Assembly: GCA_963663765.2 (NCBI GenBank)
Contig: CAXXUA010000006.1
Coordinates: 448,001 to 512,000 of the forward strand
Reading direction: 5' to 3'
DNA length: 64,000 bases
DNA from: Candidatus Poribacteria bacterium
Lineage (GTDB): Bacteria; Poribacteria; WGA-4E; WGA-3G
How positions within the stretch are numbered: the first letter of the stretch is position 1; the number at the start of each line of letters is the position of its first letter. Position numbers and translations under genes: made by a program. The notes below the pieces were generated by a model. That model was not told the origin of the DNA, ran no database searches, and saw only the letters and a program-made list of their open reading frames with translations. Below are positions 1 to 10,300 of this stretch, in pieces.

Positions 1-429
1 GTAGATGTACAAGAGACGTTTACGGCATCCAACATCAAACAATGGCTGCTTGAAGCGCGAACAGTTAAATCAACGGATTCAACATTTCAACATGGGATTC
101 TTGTGCTTGAACAACTTCTGTTGATAATACATCCGCAAGAAACAGCACTCTTGCCGAACTATCCAAATCCATTCAACCCAGAGACGTGGATACCGTATCA
201 GTTAGCAGAACCTGCAGAGGTCGTCATATCCATCTATTCTGTGGGTGGGACGTTGGTTCGGACACTTGCGTTAGGCAATCAGCCTGCGGGACTTTATCAG
301 AATCGTAACCGTGCGGCGTATTGGGATGGTAAAAATAAAAGCGGTGAGTCAGTAGCAAGTGGTGTGTATTTCTATACATTCAAAGCGGGTGATTTCACTG
401 CTACGCGCAAGATGTTGATACGGAAATAG
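1..429 (+). CDS. 3' end of a secreted protein with a FlgD-Ig/T9SS-type-A-like C-terminal domain (starts before the window)
   Basis: Frame 1 is open from base 1 (VDVQETFTASNIKQWLLEAR...) into LLPNYPNPFNPETWIPYQLA...YWDGKN..GE.VASGVYFY...RKMLIRK, ending at TAG 427-429. Confidence 0.9.
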   Translation, partial: VDVQETFTASNIKQWLLEARTVKSTDSTFQHGILVLEQLLLIIHPQETALLPNYPNPFNPETWIPYQLAEPAEVVISIYSVGGTLVRTLALGNQPAGLYQNRNRAAYWDGKNKSGESVASGVYFYTFKAGDFTATRKMLIRK

Positions 430-500
430 TATCAAATGACCATAGGATAGCAATTAGCCAATAGGACATCTACGACTGGCACTTACTGTAGCGCATACAT

Positions 501-790
501 CGTAGGACCAAATCAAATAATCAAGAAATCAACGGTATGAATGCCTTTTGGCAATCCCTGGGCAGGTAATTTTATCTAACCCACCCTGGTAGGCGCGCTG
601 GCACATCACGTCACAACAGCGCGCTTACAAAGCGCGCCTACAGCGGAGGGGTTACATAGAATTGCCGATTCAATTTATTAATCTTCATCAAAGCGCCAAA
701 TCAAGAAATCAACGGTATGAATGCCATTTAGGCATTCCCCGCCTACCGTGTGAGAAATATTTATTACCCAATTAATAAATTAATCTTCAT
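501..790. repeat. Cluster of nested short repeats (MITE/REP-like) between convergent genes
   Basis: AATCAAGAAATCAACGGTATGAATGCC occurs at 519 and 699. A GTAGGCGCGCT...AGCGCGCCTAC palindrome lies at ~588-641. A related inverted copy is at 57516-57599. Confidence 0.7.
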
Positions 791-831
791 AAGGATTGGG
801 ATTGTTAGTTAATTCCCTTCAACGCCGTTTT

Positions 832-3800
832 CTAAGATTTTGTGAGTGTATATAGTCCTCGTTTGACTCGGACAATCTCCCCCTTATCAACAAGCCGAGA
901 AAGTGCATAGTTTATCGCCTGAGGCATCCCATCAAGGGCATCAACAAATTCTGCCGTTTTCTTCTCACCATCAGCAAGCAAAGCGAGTATCTCATCACGA
1001 TATGGTGTGCGTAGGAGAGTCCTGCCTCTGATTTTTTGAAGGAATCGGTATGCCTGACGGACGGAACATCCCAAAACACGTTGTACTTCTTCTCTGCTTG
1101 TTTCGGCGGTTATATTCTCGCGTTCAATTTCAAAACGTTCTCGTGTGCGTATAGTCTCTGCAAGCTGATCTATCCCTCCAGCAATCTCAAAATCTTCCCA
1201 GTCAAAAAGTAGGTTTTCTGGTCTGTTCGTGATGTTCGGTAGTTTTAAACTTGAAATTAAGACGATCTTCTTATCAGCGACACGATCCAACCTTGCATAT
1301 TCGACAATGCGACTGAGAAAATAGGCTGTCTCCTCCTCATAAATGCTTTGGACTCTTTCATCTTTGTAGTATCCTGTTTCTGAATTTACTTCATAACGGA
1401 TCGGATTTGTATCATTTCCAAACAGAATATGTGCTCGTGACCAGACAGCACGCGCGCCTACTGTTGGTGTGCTGACAACCCAGATAACATCAGCTGCCTC
1501 AAAACCATTATTAAGTCCGTTCAGTTCCTCGAAGTGTGTTACGAAACAGACATTTTCTTTTTGGACAGCACATTTTATGTGTCTGATTAATGTGCTGTGT
1601 GTAATAATTGCATGCTTTACACTCGGTTCTTTATCAATTTCTGATAGAATAGAAAGAAACAAATGCACTCCAAGTTTAGACATACCAATATATTGCCAAT
1701 TAATGTCAGTGTCTAACAGCATATTTCGATGAAAGGTGCCTGTTCGGATTTGAAAAACAGTGTTCCCCGGTAGCCATGTTGTGGGTTTCATGCGGACAAT
1801 TTGTACAGCTTCTTCAGGAAATGCTTGTGTGAGATGTTTATCTAAGTTAGTAGAAGATATTAACAATAGACGTTTCACATCTTTGTGCAGCATTGGTGGT
1901 ACTCGGAACTTTAGGATTTCACCATCCCATGCCATCGGTGGATTATTAGCTGCTGAATAGTGTTGATAAAAACGTTTGAGTTGATGCCAACATGTCCAAT
2001 TCGGATTATGACAAACTGTTGGAAATCTTTTTATGTTATCAACGGTTTCTGTGTTCAAAATACCCATCTCAATGGCTTGTGCCATGGACATCCGTATCTT
2101 TATATTTTCGTTAGGATAGAACGATTCAAGTTGGAAGGTAGCGTGTCCCATCTTTACAAGTTTCGCATCAGCTTGTTGATTTAAAGGGATATAGGCTGAG
2201 CATCCACTATCAAACGCAACAGTGAAATGTGCCAATTCTTGACCGGTATCGGTATCAACATATCCCTGCTTCAGCACTTTTCCAGAAACAATGACCTGAC
2301 ACATTTGCTCAACGAGCGTTTCTTCCTGCCAATCAAACAATTGGACTACTGTCCGAATCCTATTTACGGCATCGTTCTTTGATTTAGATTTGATTTCTAA
2401 AACATTCAATAAGACTTTGGCAAAATCGCCTAAAACATCTCCCTGCCAGTTAACTGCCCACTCTTCTATCTGTTTTCTTGAGAGTTCACACTCAGGGAAT
2501 AATTTAAAGAATCGTATTCCATTTATGATACATAGCCGTTCTGTATTATCCACTTGTCTGAGCATTTTACTGGCAATGTCAGCGTATTGTGGATTAAAAA
2601 ACATTTGTGGTATAGACGATATTTGTGTTTTTGTGTGTTGTAATGTGTGGTATTGCGATAAATAGCCGTGATCTTGACATTCAGTATAAACAGGACACTG
2701 CGGGCAGATACTTTCACTCGCGTTTCCACCCTTTTGCTCAAGACTATCACACCGATCAGCGTCTTCACACATATTGCCGTGTTGGAAAGGGTTTGCCATG
2801 CGTTCATCAACGGGGATGTCTTTCACTTTTCCCCATAGATGCGTGCGAGGTGTCCAGCGAACAACTGATTGTGAATTCTGTGGATATCGTTGTTCTGCCG
2901 CTACTGCGAATTTGTAACTTGGCGGAGTTATGGAAGTATTGTATTTAGTGAGGAGATCCAATTCTAAAGCAGAGTTTTTTTCTTCATTGTTTTCAGTAAT
3001 AAGTGCGATAACTCGAGTATTTTGATCAATAACCTGATACAGCTGTGCAGTGATCTGTTCGGCAGTCCATTCTACTGCCTTCGTTGGTTCGGGATAATTT
3101 AGTATCGGTGATGGACGTTTTACTGCTAAAGGACTCAGTTGTCCTTCTCGCGCAGCTAACATCTCATTACTAATAGGTATATCAGTAGCGGGTATTTGTG
3201 GCAGGAGTCCTGTATCGTCCCAGACATCTGTTATTGGCGTATCAGTTGTTGGTACACCAAAACCATCTGTGGAGGCACATACCGAAACAGTGTGTTCGTT
3301 TTCCCATAATGCAACATGCCCATCACCTGTTTTGTCAATGTTCTTGCTCCAAAGGTGAACATTGTTGTCTTTTCGGAGATAAGAAAAACCGCGTTTTAAA
3401 AATGATTGCTTTGCGATATTTAGCAGATACGAATCGAGAGATAAAGGAGGAGTATTCTGTTGAAACTTCGGTTTATCTGTTCCCGTTGATGCAGGTTCGT
3501 GAAGTTCAGAGCGGAGTGCGTTGATAGGTGCGAACAGAACCTCTTTGATAGTAACAGGTGGGTCTAATAAGTTTCCAATCAATATTTCATAGCGTGCATC
3601 CCAGCAGCTATATCCTTCTTTCCCTAACATTTCAAGAAAGACGATGCGTTGATTCGGTTTTTCCGATGTAGGTGTGCCTTTTTGGACATAATGTATTGCC
3701 TCATCCGTATTTGGATGGAGATAATCCTTTACCCCGCAAGAAAACCGTAAACCCCCAGACTTTGTAAGCACCAAGAGTGGATTCTCAACGAAACTAACAA

Positions 3801-4224
3801 GTGCTTCTATACAGCGAAGAACAGCCTCGGGTGCTGCGCAAATTCCCTCATAAGGGAATACGAGATCATGCCAGTGTGCCCCATTGTGTGCAGAGGGAGC
3901 ACCAGTGTAAACGTTAATACCCCACGACTTATCCCACCGATCCATCGCCCAGTTTTCTACCCCTTGGCGTTTATAAAAACGTTCTCCACCAAAAAAACTC
4001 GGAGCTTGGTCTTCCCCAGGAGCACGACCGATCGGCATTAGCGAAATACCTGCATCTTCAATATCATAAAGCATCACAGGATAATTGCGCGCGCAATAAA
4101 CTGTGTGTTGATGCGGATAGCCTCTGTTGTCCGTCGCAGGCATTACTTCTGTCCTGCGTTGCCGAAGTGGATTATTGTGCCGTTCATGGCAAAGTGATAT
4201 TAGATTTTTCAAGATGTCACTCAT
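832..4224 (-). CDS. ~1130-aa Prim-Pol-like / degenerate SF2 helicase-like protein with Cys cluster and C-terminal HTH (copy 1)
   Basis: Prim-Pol-like motifs GISLMPI, WGINVYTG..S, WHDLVF, LTKSGGLRF, LEMLGKEGY. Cys cluster C-x5-C...CPQCP-x4-C. Helicase-like remnants LCIING, LLLISST, HFEELNGLN. wHTH-like tail ALSRLVDKGEIVRVKRGLY. Start moved from 4287 to ATG 4224 on paralogue alignment and promoter position. Confidence 0.75.
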   Translation of the reverse strand: MSDILKNLISLCHERHNNPLRQRRTEVMPATDNRGYPHQHTVYCARNYPVMLYDIEDAGISLMPIGRAPGEDQAPSFFGGERFYKRQGVENWAMDRWDKSWGINVYTGAPSAHNGAHWHDLVFPYEGICAAPEAVLRCIEALVSFVENPLLVLTKSGGLRFSCGVKDYLHPNTDEAIHYVQKGTPTSEKPNQRIVFLEMLGKEGYSCWDARYEILIGNLLDPPVTIKEVLFAPINALRSELHEPASTGTDKPKFQQNTPPLSLDSYLLNIAKQSFLKRGFSYLRKDNNVHLWSKNIDKTGDGHVALWENEHTVSVCASTDGFGVPTTDTPITDVWDDTGLLPQIPATDIPISNEMLAAREGQLSPLAVKRPSPILNYPEPTKAVEWTAEQITAQLYQVIDQNTRVIALITENNEEKNSALELDLLTKYNTSITPPSYKFAVAAEQRYPQNSQSVVRWTPRTHLWGKVKDIPVDERMANPFQHGNMCEDADRCDSLEQKGGNASESICPQCPVYTECQDHGYLSQYHTLQHTKTQISSIPQMFFNPQYADIASKMLRQVDNTERLCIINGIRFFKLFPECELSRKQIEEWAVNWQGDVLGDFAKVLLNVLEIKSKSKNDAVNRIRTVVQLFDWQEETLVEQMCQVIVSGKVLKQGYVDTDTGQELAHFTVAFDSGCSAYIPLNQQADAKLVKMGHATFQLESFYPNENIKIRMSMAQAIEMGILNTETVDNIKRFPTVCHNPNWTCWHQLKRFYQHYSAANNPPMAWDGEILKFRVPPMLHKDVKRLLLISSTNLDKHLTQAFPEEAVQIVRMKPTTWLPGNTVFQIRTGTFHRNMLLDTDINWQYIGMSKLGVHLFLSILSEIDKEPSVKHAIITHSTLIRHIKCAVQKENVCFVTHFEELNGLNNGFEAADVIWVVSTPTVGARAVWSRAHILFGNDTNPIRYEVNSETGYYKDERVQSIYEEETAYFLSRIVEYARLDRVADKKIVLISSLKLPNITNRPENLLFDWEDFEIAGGIDQLAETIRTRERFEIERENITAETSREEVQRVLGCSVRQAYRFLQKIRGRTLLRTPYRDEILALLADGEKKTAEFVDALDGMPQAINYALSRLVDKGEIVRVKRGLYTLTKS

Positions 4225-4230
4225 AATATT

Positions 4231-4259
4231 ATTGTAATACAAACTTGTTTTATTTTCAA
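4231..4259 (-). promoter_or_regulatory. sigma70-type promoter, probably giving a leaderless transcript of the Prim-Pol-like gene
   Basis: Minus strand reads TTGAAA-17 nt-TACAAT-6 nt-ATG; the paralogue has the same geometry. Confidence 0.65.
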
Positions 4260-4297
4260 GAAACATCTGAATAACCCTGTATAGCAATAATAAATAG

Positions 4298-4326
4298 TTG
4301 TCATATAATAGTTATAATGTTATTAT
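4298..4326 (+). promoter_or_regulatory. sigma70-type promoter for adhesin A / the array
   Basis: TTGTCA (4298) - 17 nt - TATTAT (4321) with an extended -10 TG; RBS AAGGAAGG upstream of TTG 4385. Confidence 0.5.
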
Positions 4327-4384
4327 TAAATATAGTGTCATTTATTTATTATATTCTGACTTATTACTAAGGAAGGGTGATAAT

Positions 4385-7300
4385 TTGTTGAAGAAACAAA
4401 TAATTTTTCTGATTTTACCATGTCTGTTAGCACTATTTGGTACTTGGAGTTATGCTGACATAACACCCGTATCAGACCGCACTCCTGAAGTGCGTGACGC
4501 AATCGTGGCAGCAATATCAGATGTAGACAACGCAGCAGACGTAACCGAAGCACATCTCGCTACAATAACAGGTCTCAATCTCAGGAATAAAGGTATAACT
4601 GAACTAAAATCCGGTGACTTTTCGGGACTTACCAGCCTAACAAACCTAAATCTTTTCAATAACCGACTCAGTAGTCTACCCGATACCATCTTTAATGGAC
4701 TGGCTGCCTTGACAACTCTCCGCTTAGGTAGCAACACGATTGACCCTCTACCCCTTACTGTGTCGCTTAAAAAAGCAGGAGATGGGCAATTCAAGGCAGT
4801 CGTCCCCGCAGGTGCGCCGTTCGCTATAATGGTTCCGATAACTGCTACGAACGGTAGCATCAGCGATGGGACTACAACGTTCACCGTCACAAAGGGTAGC
4901 ATAGAAAGCAGCACTGTCACCGTAACACGCACCGCAGGTACAACAGCAGCGGTTACCGCAACCATCGGAACGTTACCAAGCCTCCCAATAAATCACTACG
5001 GGTATACCCTTATCAAAGACACAGGATTACCTCTTGAAGTTATCAGTGAAGTTAGCACAACAACCCCAGTTCCCGATAGAGAGGATGATGAACCAGAACC
5101 TATAGAACCAGTAACACCCGCACAAAACACTGCCCCAACCTTTACAGATGGCAGTTCAACAGTCCGCTCCATTGCAGAAAACACGACAGTAAACAGGTTT
5201 ATCGGCACTCCCGTAGCAGCAACGGACGCAAATGAAGATACGCTCACCTACACACTTGATGGTATAGACGCAGCATCATTTGCCATTGACAACACGACAG
5301 GACAACTCAGAACAAAAGCAGCATTAGACTATGAAATGAGACGTGTCTATATCCTCACAATAACCGCTAATGATGGCAACCTAACCGCCTCTATTTCGGT
5401 CATTATTAACGTCATAGATGTAGCAGATACCCCGTTCGTTTCAACGATGCTACCTGTGAGTGAACGCACAGAACAAGTGAAGAATGCAATTGTAGCAGCC
5501 GTGTCCGGTGTGGATTCTGCAGATGCGATAACCGCAACACAACTATCCACAATCACAAGTCTCAATCTACGCCGTTCAGGTATTACAGAACTCAAATCAG
5601 GCGATTTCGGTGGACTCACAGCACTTACCAGCCTTAATTTATACGGCAATATGTTGAGTAGCCTACCACAAGGCATTTTTGAAGGATTGACATCACTGGC
5701 GTCACTTCGTTTAGGCGGTAACCTGCTTGACCCGATGCCGATTACCGTCTCATTAGAAGAGGATTCATTGTGGGTATATCGAGTAGTTATCCCCACAGGT
5801 GCACCGTTCGATGTCGTTGTGCCAATTACGAATTCGATTATAATGGCTAAGATCCCACAAGGTAGGGTGAAAAGCCGCCTAATAACTCTTAGTGATAGCC
5901 TCCTCAGCGAGCCTCAAGGTAACACGGAAAATGAGCCCTTTGAAATAGACGCATCAGTCGCTATCGGTGCGTTGCCTGCGTTACCTGCCAACCATCTCGG
6001 GTATATCCTCGCCAGATCCGATGTGTGTAACCGCACACAACAAGTGTCAGATGCGATCACCGCAGCAGTCCCGAAAATAACCGATTGTCGGAATGTGAGC
6101 GAAGTGCAACTCGCACAGATAGCCACTTTGGATTTAAGCGGTTCGTCTATAATATCACTCGCAGCAGACGACTTTGATGGCTTGCTCTCACTCAGTTCGC
6201 TTAACCTGAGTAACAACCAGCTGACAAGTCTACCCGATGGTATTTTTGCATCTTTACCATTGCTTACAGCACTTAATCTGAGTGGAAACACCCTTGATCC
6301 ATTGCCAATCAGTGTGATTCTTGAAAAGGTCGGCACAAATCAGGTCAAAGCGGTTGTGCCGACAGGTGCCCCTTTTGATATGCGTTTGCCTATCATTGTC
6401 GTGAACGGCAGTACGAGCGGTAGCAGTGTGCTAATTGTGCAAATGGGTATGACAGAAAGCGAAACACTTCTCGTAACACGCGCAAGCAACACCGGTACAG
6501 TTACAGCCGATTTTGGCACACTGCCGAACCTACCATCGTTGAATTCAGGGTATGCCCTCACCAAAACGAACACGCAACCACTTGAGATATTTAGTCGAAT
6601 AAACGTTGCACCAGTATTCACAGAAGGCACGGCAGCGAACCGCAGCATTGCAGAGAACACCGATGCTGGCACAAATATTGGTACTGCAATTGCTGCAACA
6701 GATGCAAACAATGATACACTCACCTATACCCTGGGTGGTACTGATACAATTGGGTTTGATATTGATAGTACATCAGGACAACTCAAAACGAAGTCCATGT
6801 TGGACTATGAAACGAAAACATCTTACTCGGTAACTATCACTGTCACAGATGGCAGTCTTACCAATACAATCGCAGTCACCATCACAGTTACAGATGTGGA
6901 CGAGGTGCCGCCGAAAGAGGATGAGGTCGTTGTTACACCCGATGACGATGAAGAGGTCGTCGTTACACCCGATGACGATGAGGATGAGGTCGTTGTTATA
7001 CCTGATGACGATGAGGAGGTCGTCGTTACACCCGATGACGATGAGGATGAGGTCGTTGTTATACCTGATGACGATGAGGAGGTCGTCGTTACACCCGATG
7101 ACGATGAGGATGAGGTCGTTGTAGAAGATACACCCCCACAAAATAACGCACCGATTTTCATAGATGGGAACAGCACAACCCGTTCCGTAGCAGAGAATAC
7201 CAATAGCGGTCAAAATATCGGTACGCCTGTCCGTGCAACGGATGCAGATGGCAATACACTCACCTACACACTCAGCGGCACAGATGCGTTCTCGTTCAGT

Positions 7301-10300
7301 ATAGATAGCAGCTCAGGGCAGCTGCAAACCAGTGCTGCAATTGACTATGAAACAAAAACCTCCTATTCAGTGACGGTAAGTGTTTCTGATGGCAATGACG
7401 GCACCGATACGATTAGCGTCACAATCAACGTCACGAATGTAAATGAAGACATCCCAAACAATGAACCTGTATTTACCGAGGGTGATAGTGCCATCCGTTC
7501 TATTGCAGAGAATACAGGTTCTGGTGTGGATATCGGCACGCCTGTCCGTGCAACGGATGCAGATGACGATACGCTTACCTATTCTCTTGAAGCGGGGGAT
7601 ACATCTTCATTCAGCATAGATAGTTCCTCTGGTCAATTGCGAACCGGTGCATCCTTAGATTATGAGACGAAGGACACCTATTCCGTCACGGTCTCTGTTT
7701 CCGATGCTAATGGTGGCAGTGATTCTATATCGGTCACGATAAACATTACGAATGTAGACGAAACCCCCACAAATAACGCACCTATATTCTCAGATGGCGA
7801 TAGCACCAGCCGCGCCACAGCAGAAAATACGGGGTCAGGTGTTGACATTGGGTCAGCTGTTTCAGCGACGGATCCGGATGGTGATACCCTGACTTATACA
7901 CTTAGTGGAAACGATGCGGGTTCGTTTAGTCTTGATAGCAGTTCAGGGCAGTTGCGAACCAGCGCAAGCTTGGACTATGAGACGAAAACATCTTATTCGG
8001 TTACGCTCTCTGTGTCTGATGGCAACGGTGGCAATGATTCTATTGCAGTCACGATCAACGTCACCGATATAGACGAATCACCGACGAACAACGCGCCAGT
8101 GTTCACAGATGGCAGCACCACTACGCGCACCATCGCAGAAAATACAGCCGCAGACACAAATATCGGTGGAACAATCACCGCAACAGATGCAGACAACGAT
8201 ACATTAACCTATACCCTCAGCGGGACGAATGCAAGTGACTTTAGTATCGTCAACACCTCCGGACAACTGAAAACAAAGAGTGCACTTAACCATGAGTCAA
8301 AGTCGTCCTATTCGGTGACAATCACCGCCTCTGATGGCAAAGGCGGCAGCGATAACATCAACGTTACTATCAGTGTGACAGATGTCAACGAAGCACCTGA
8401 ATTTACGGATGGAACTACCACGATCCGTGCTATTGCAGAAAATGCCTCTGCGAACACAAACATCGGCAGTGTAGTGCGTGCGACTGACCCTGATGATGGC
8501 GATTCCTTGACATACACACTCGGTGGCACAGATGCCGCGGTATTCAGTGTAGAAAACACTACAGGGCAGCTCAAAACGAGAGCAGCATTGGATTATGAGA
8601 CAAAATCCTCGTATTCCGTGGTGGTCACCGTCTCCGATGGCACCCTCTCTGATACCATCACAGTCACGATTAACATCACAAACCTTGACGAAACACCGAC
8701 AGACACCAACCGCGCACCCGTGTTCACGGATGGTGAAACCACAACACGTTCCGTTGCAGAAAATACAGCAACAGGCACAAACATCGGCTCAGCTGTCTCT
8801 GCGACTGATGCGGATAACAACAGGGTTGCGTATACGCTCAGTGGTAATGATGCCTCATCGTTTAGCATTGTTAGCACAACCGGTCAGTTGCAAACGAATA
8901 CCGCACTGAACCACGAAGAGAAGTCGTCCTATTCTGTCACTGTCACCGTCTCCGATGGCACACTTCAAGATACAATCGCTGTCACAATTAGCGTCACGGA
9001 TGTGAACGATGCACCTGTCTTTGTCGATGATACTGCCACGCGTTCCGTTGCTGAGAACACCGTGTCGAATACGAACCTCGGCAGTCCCATCGTGGCTACC
9101 GATCCAGATGGTGATGACCTGACATACACGGTCGGTGGTGATGATGCGGTGTCATTTGATATTGATGAAAACACGGGACAACTCAAAACAAAATCAGCGT
9201 TGGATTTTGAGACGAAAACATCATACTCAATAAATATAATCGCTTCCGATGGCAAGCTTGAAGATAGTATTTCAGTTACCATCAAGGTTACCGATATTGA
9301 CGAGAACCGCGCACCCGCGTTCACTGATGGCGATGAGACGACGCGGTCTGTCGCAGAAAATACGGGGTCGGGTGTGAATATAGGTGATCCTGTGAGTGCA
9401 ACGGATCCAGATGATGACGATTTGACATACACGGTCGGTGGCACAGATGCTGACTCGTTCAACATCAATAGTACAAATGGGCAGCTCCGCACAAAAGACG
9501 CGCTGGACTATGAAACCAAACCATCGTATTCAGTAACAATCACCGTATCTGATGACAAACTATCAGATAGCATTGCTGTCACGATTAATGTCACCAATGT
9601 AGACGAAAACCGCGCACCCGTCTTTGCTGGTGATAGCGCCACACGCTCCGTAGCGGAAAACACAGGTACTGGTGTGAACATCGGCGATGTTGTCTCTGCG
9701 ACTGACCCTGATAACGATGATTTGACATACACACTCGGTGGCACGGACGCTGCATCATTTGACATTGGTAGCACGAATGGGCAACTCCGCACTAAAGATG
9801 CGTTAGACTTTGAAGACAAACCTTCTTATACCGTCACCATCACTGCATCTGATGGAAAACTAACAGATAGTATCACGGTGTCAATCAAAGTTACGGATGT
9901 AGATGAGAACCGCGCACCTGTATTCACAGATGGCAACAGCACAACCCGATCCATCGCTGAAAATACGGATGCTGGCACAAACATCGGTAGTGCGGTAGCT
10001 GCAACGGATGCAGATGATGACGATTTGACATATACACTCGGTGGCACAGATGCTGCATCATTTGACATTGTAAGCACAAGTGGACAAATCAAAACAAAAT
10101 CTGCATTGGATTATGAGACTAAAGCCTCTTATACAGTGGCCATTACGGCATCTGATGGAAATCTATCAGATAGTATCACGGTGACAATCAATGTTACCGA
10201 TGTAGATGAAAACAACGCGCCTGCGTTTGCCTTTGCAATCACGACCCGGTCCGTTGCTGAAAATACGGCATCAAACACAGATATCGGTGATGCCGTTTCT

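Noticed and set aside
832-4224. Active plasmid or phage replicase marking an integrated element
   Set aside because: The catalytic motifs look degenerate, and no integrase, att sites or phage/plasmid genes are present in the window
4270-4279. AATAACCCTG resembling the ISAs1 end
   Set aside because: Only a 10-bp match with no partner or duplication, compatible with chance
4225-4384. Longer ORF starts at 4287 (-) and 4298 (+), and likewise 60898 and 61042
   Set aside because: The extensions run through AT-rich promoter DNA; RBS, signal peptide, promoter spacing and paralogue alignment favour 4224, 4385, 60880 and 61090
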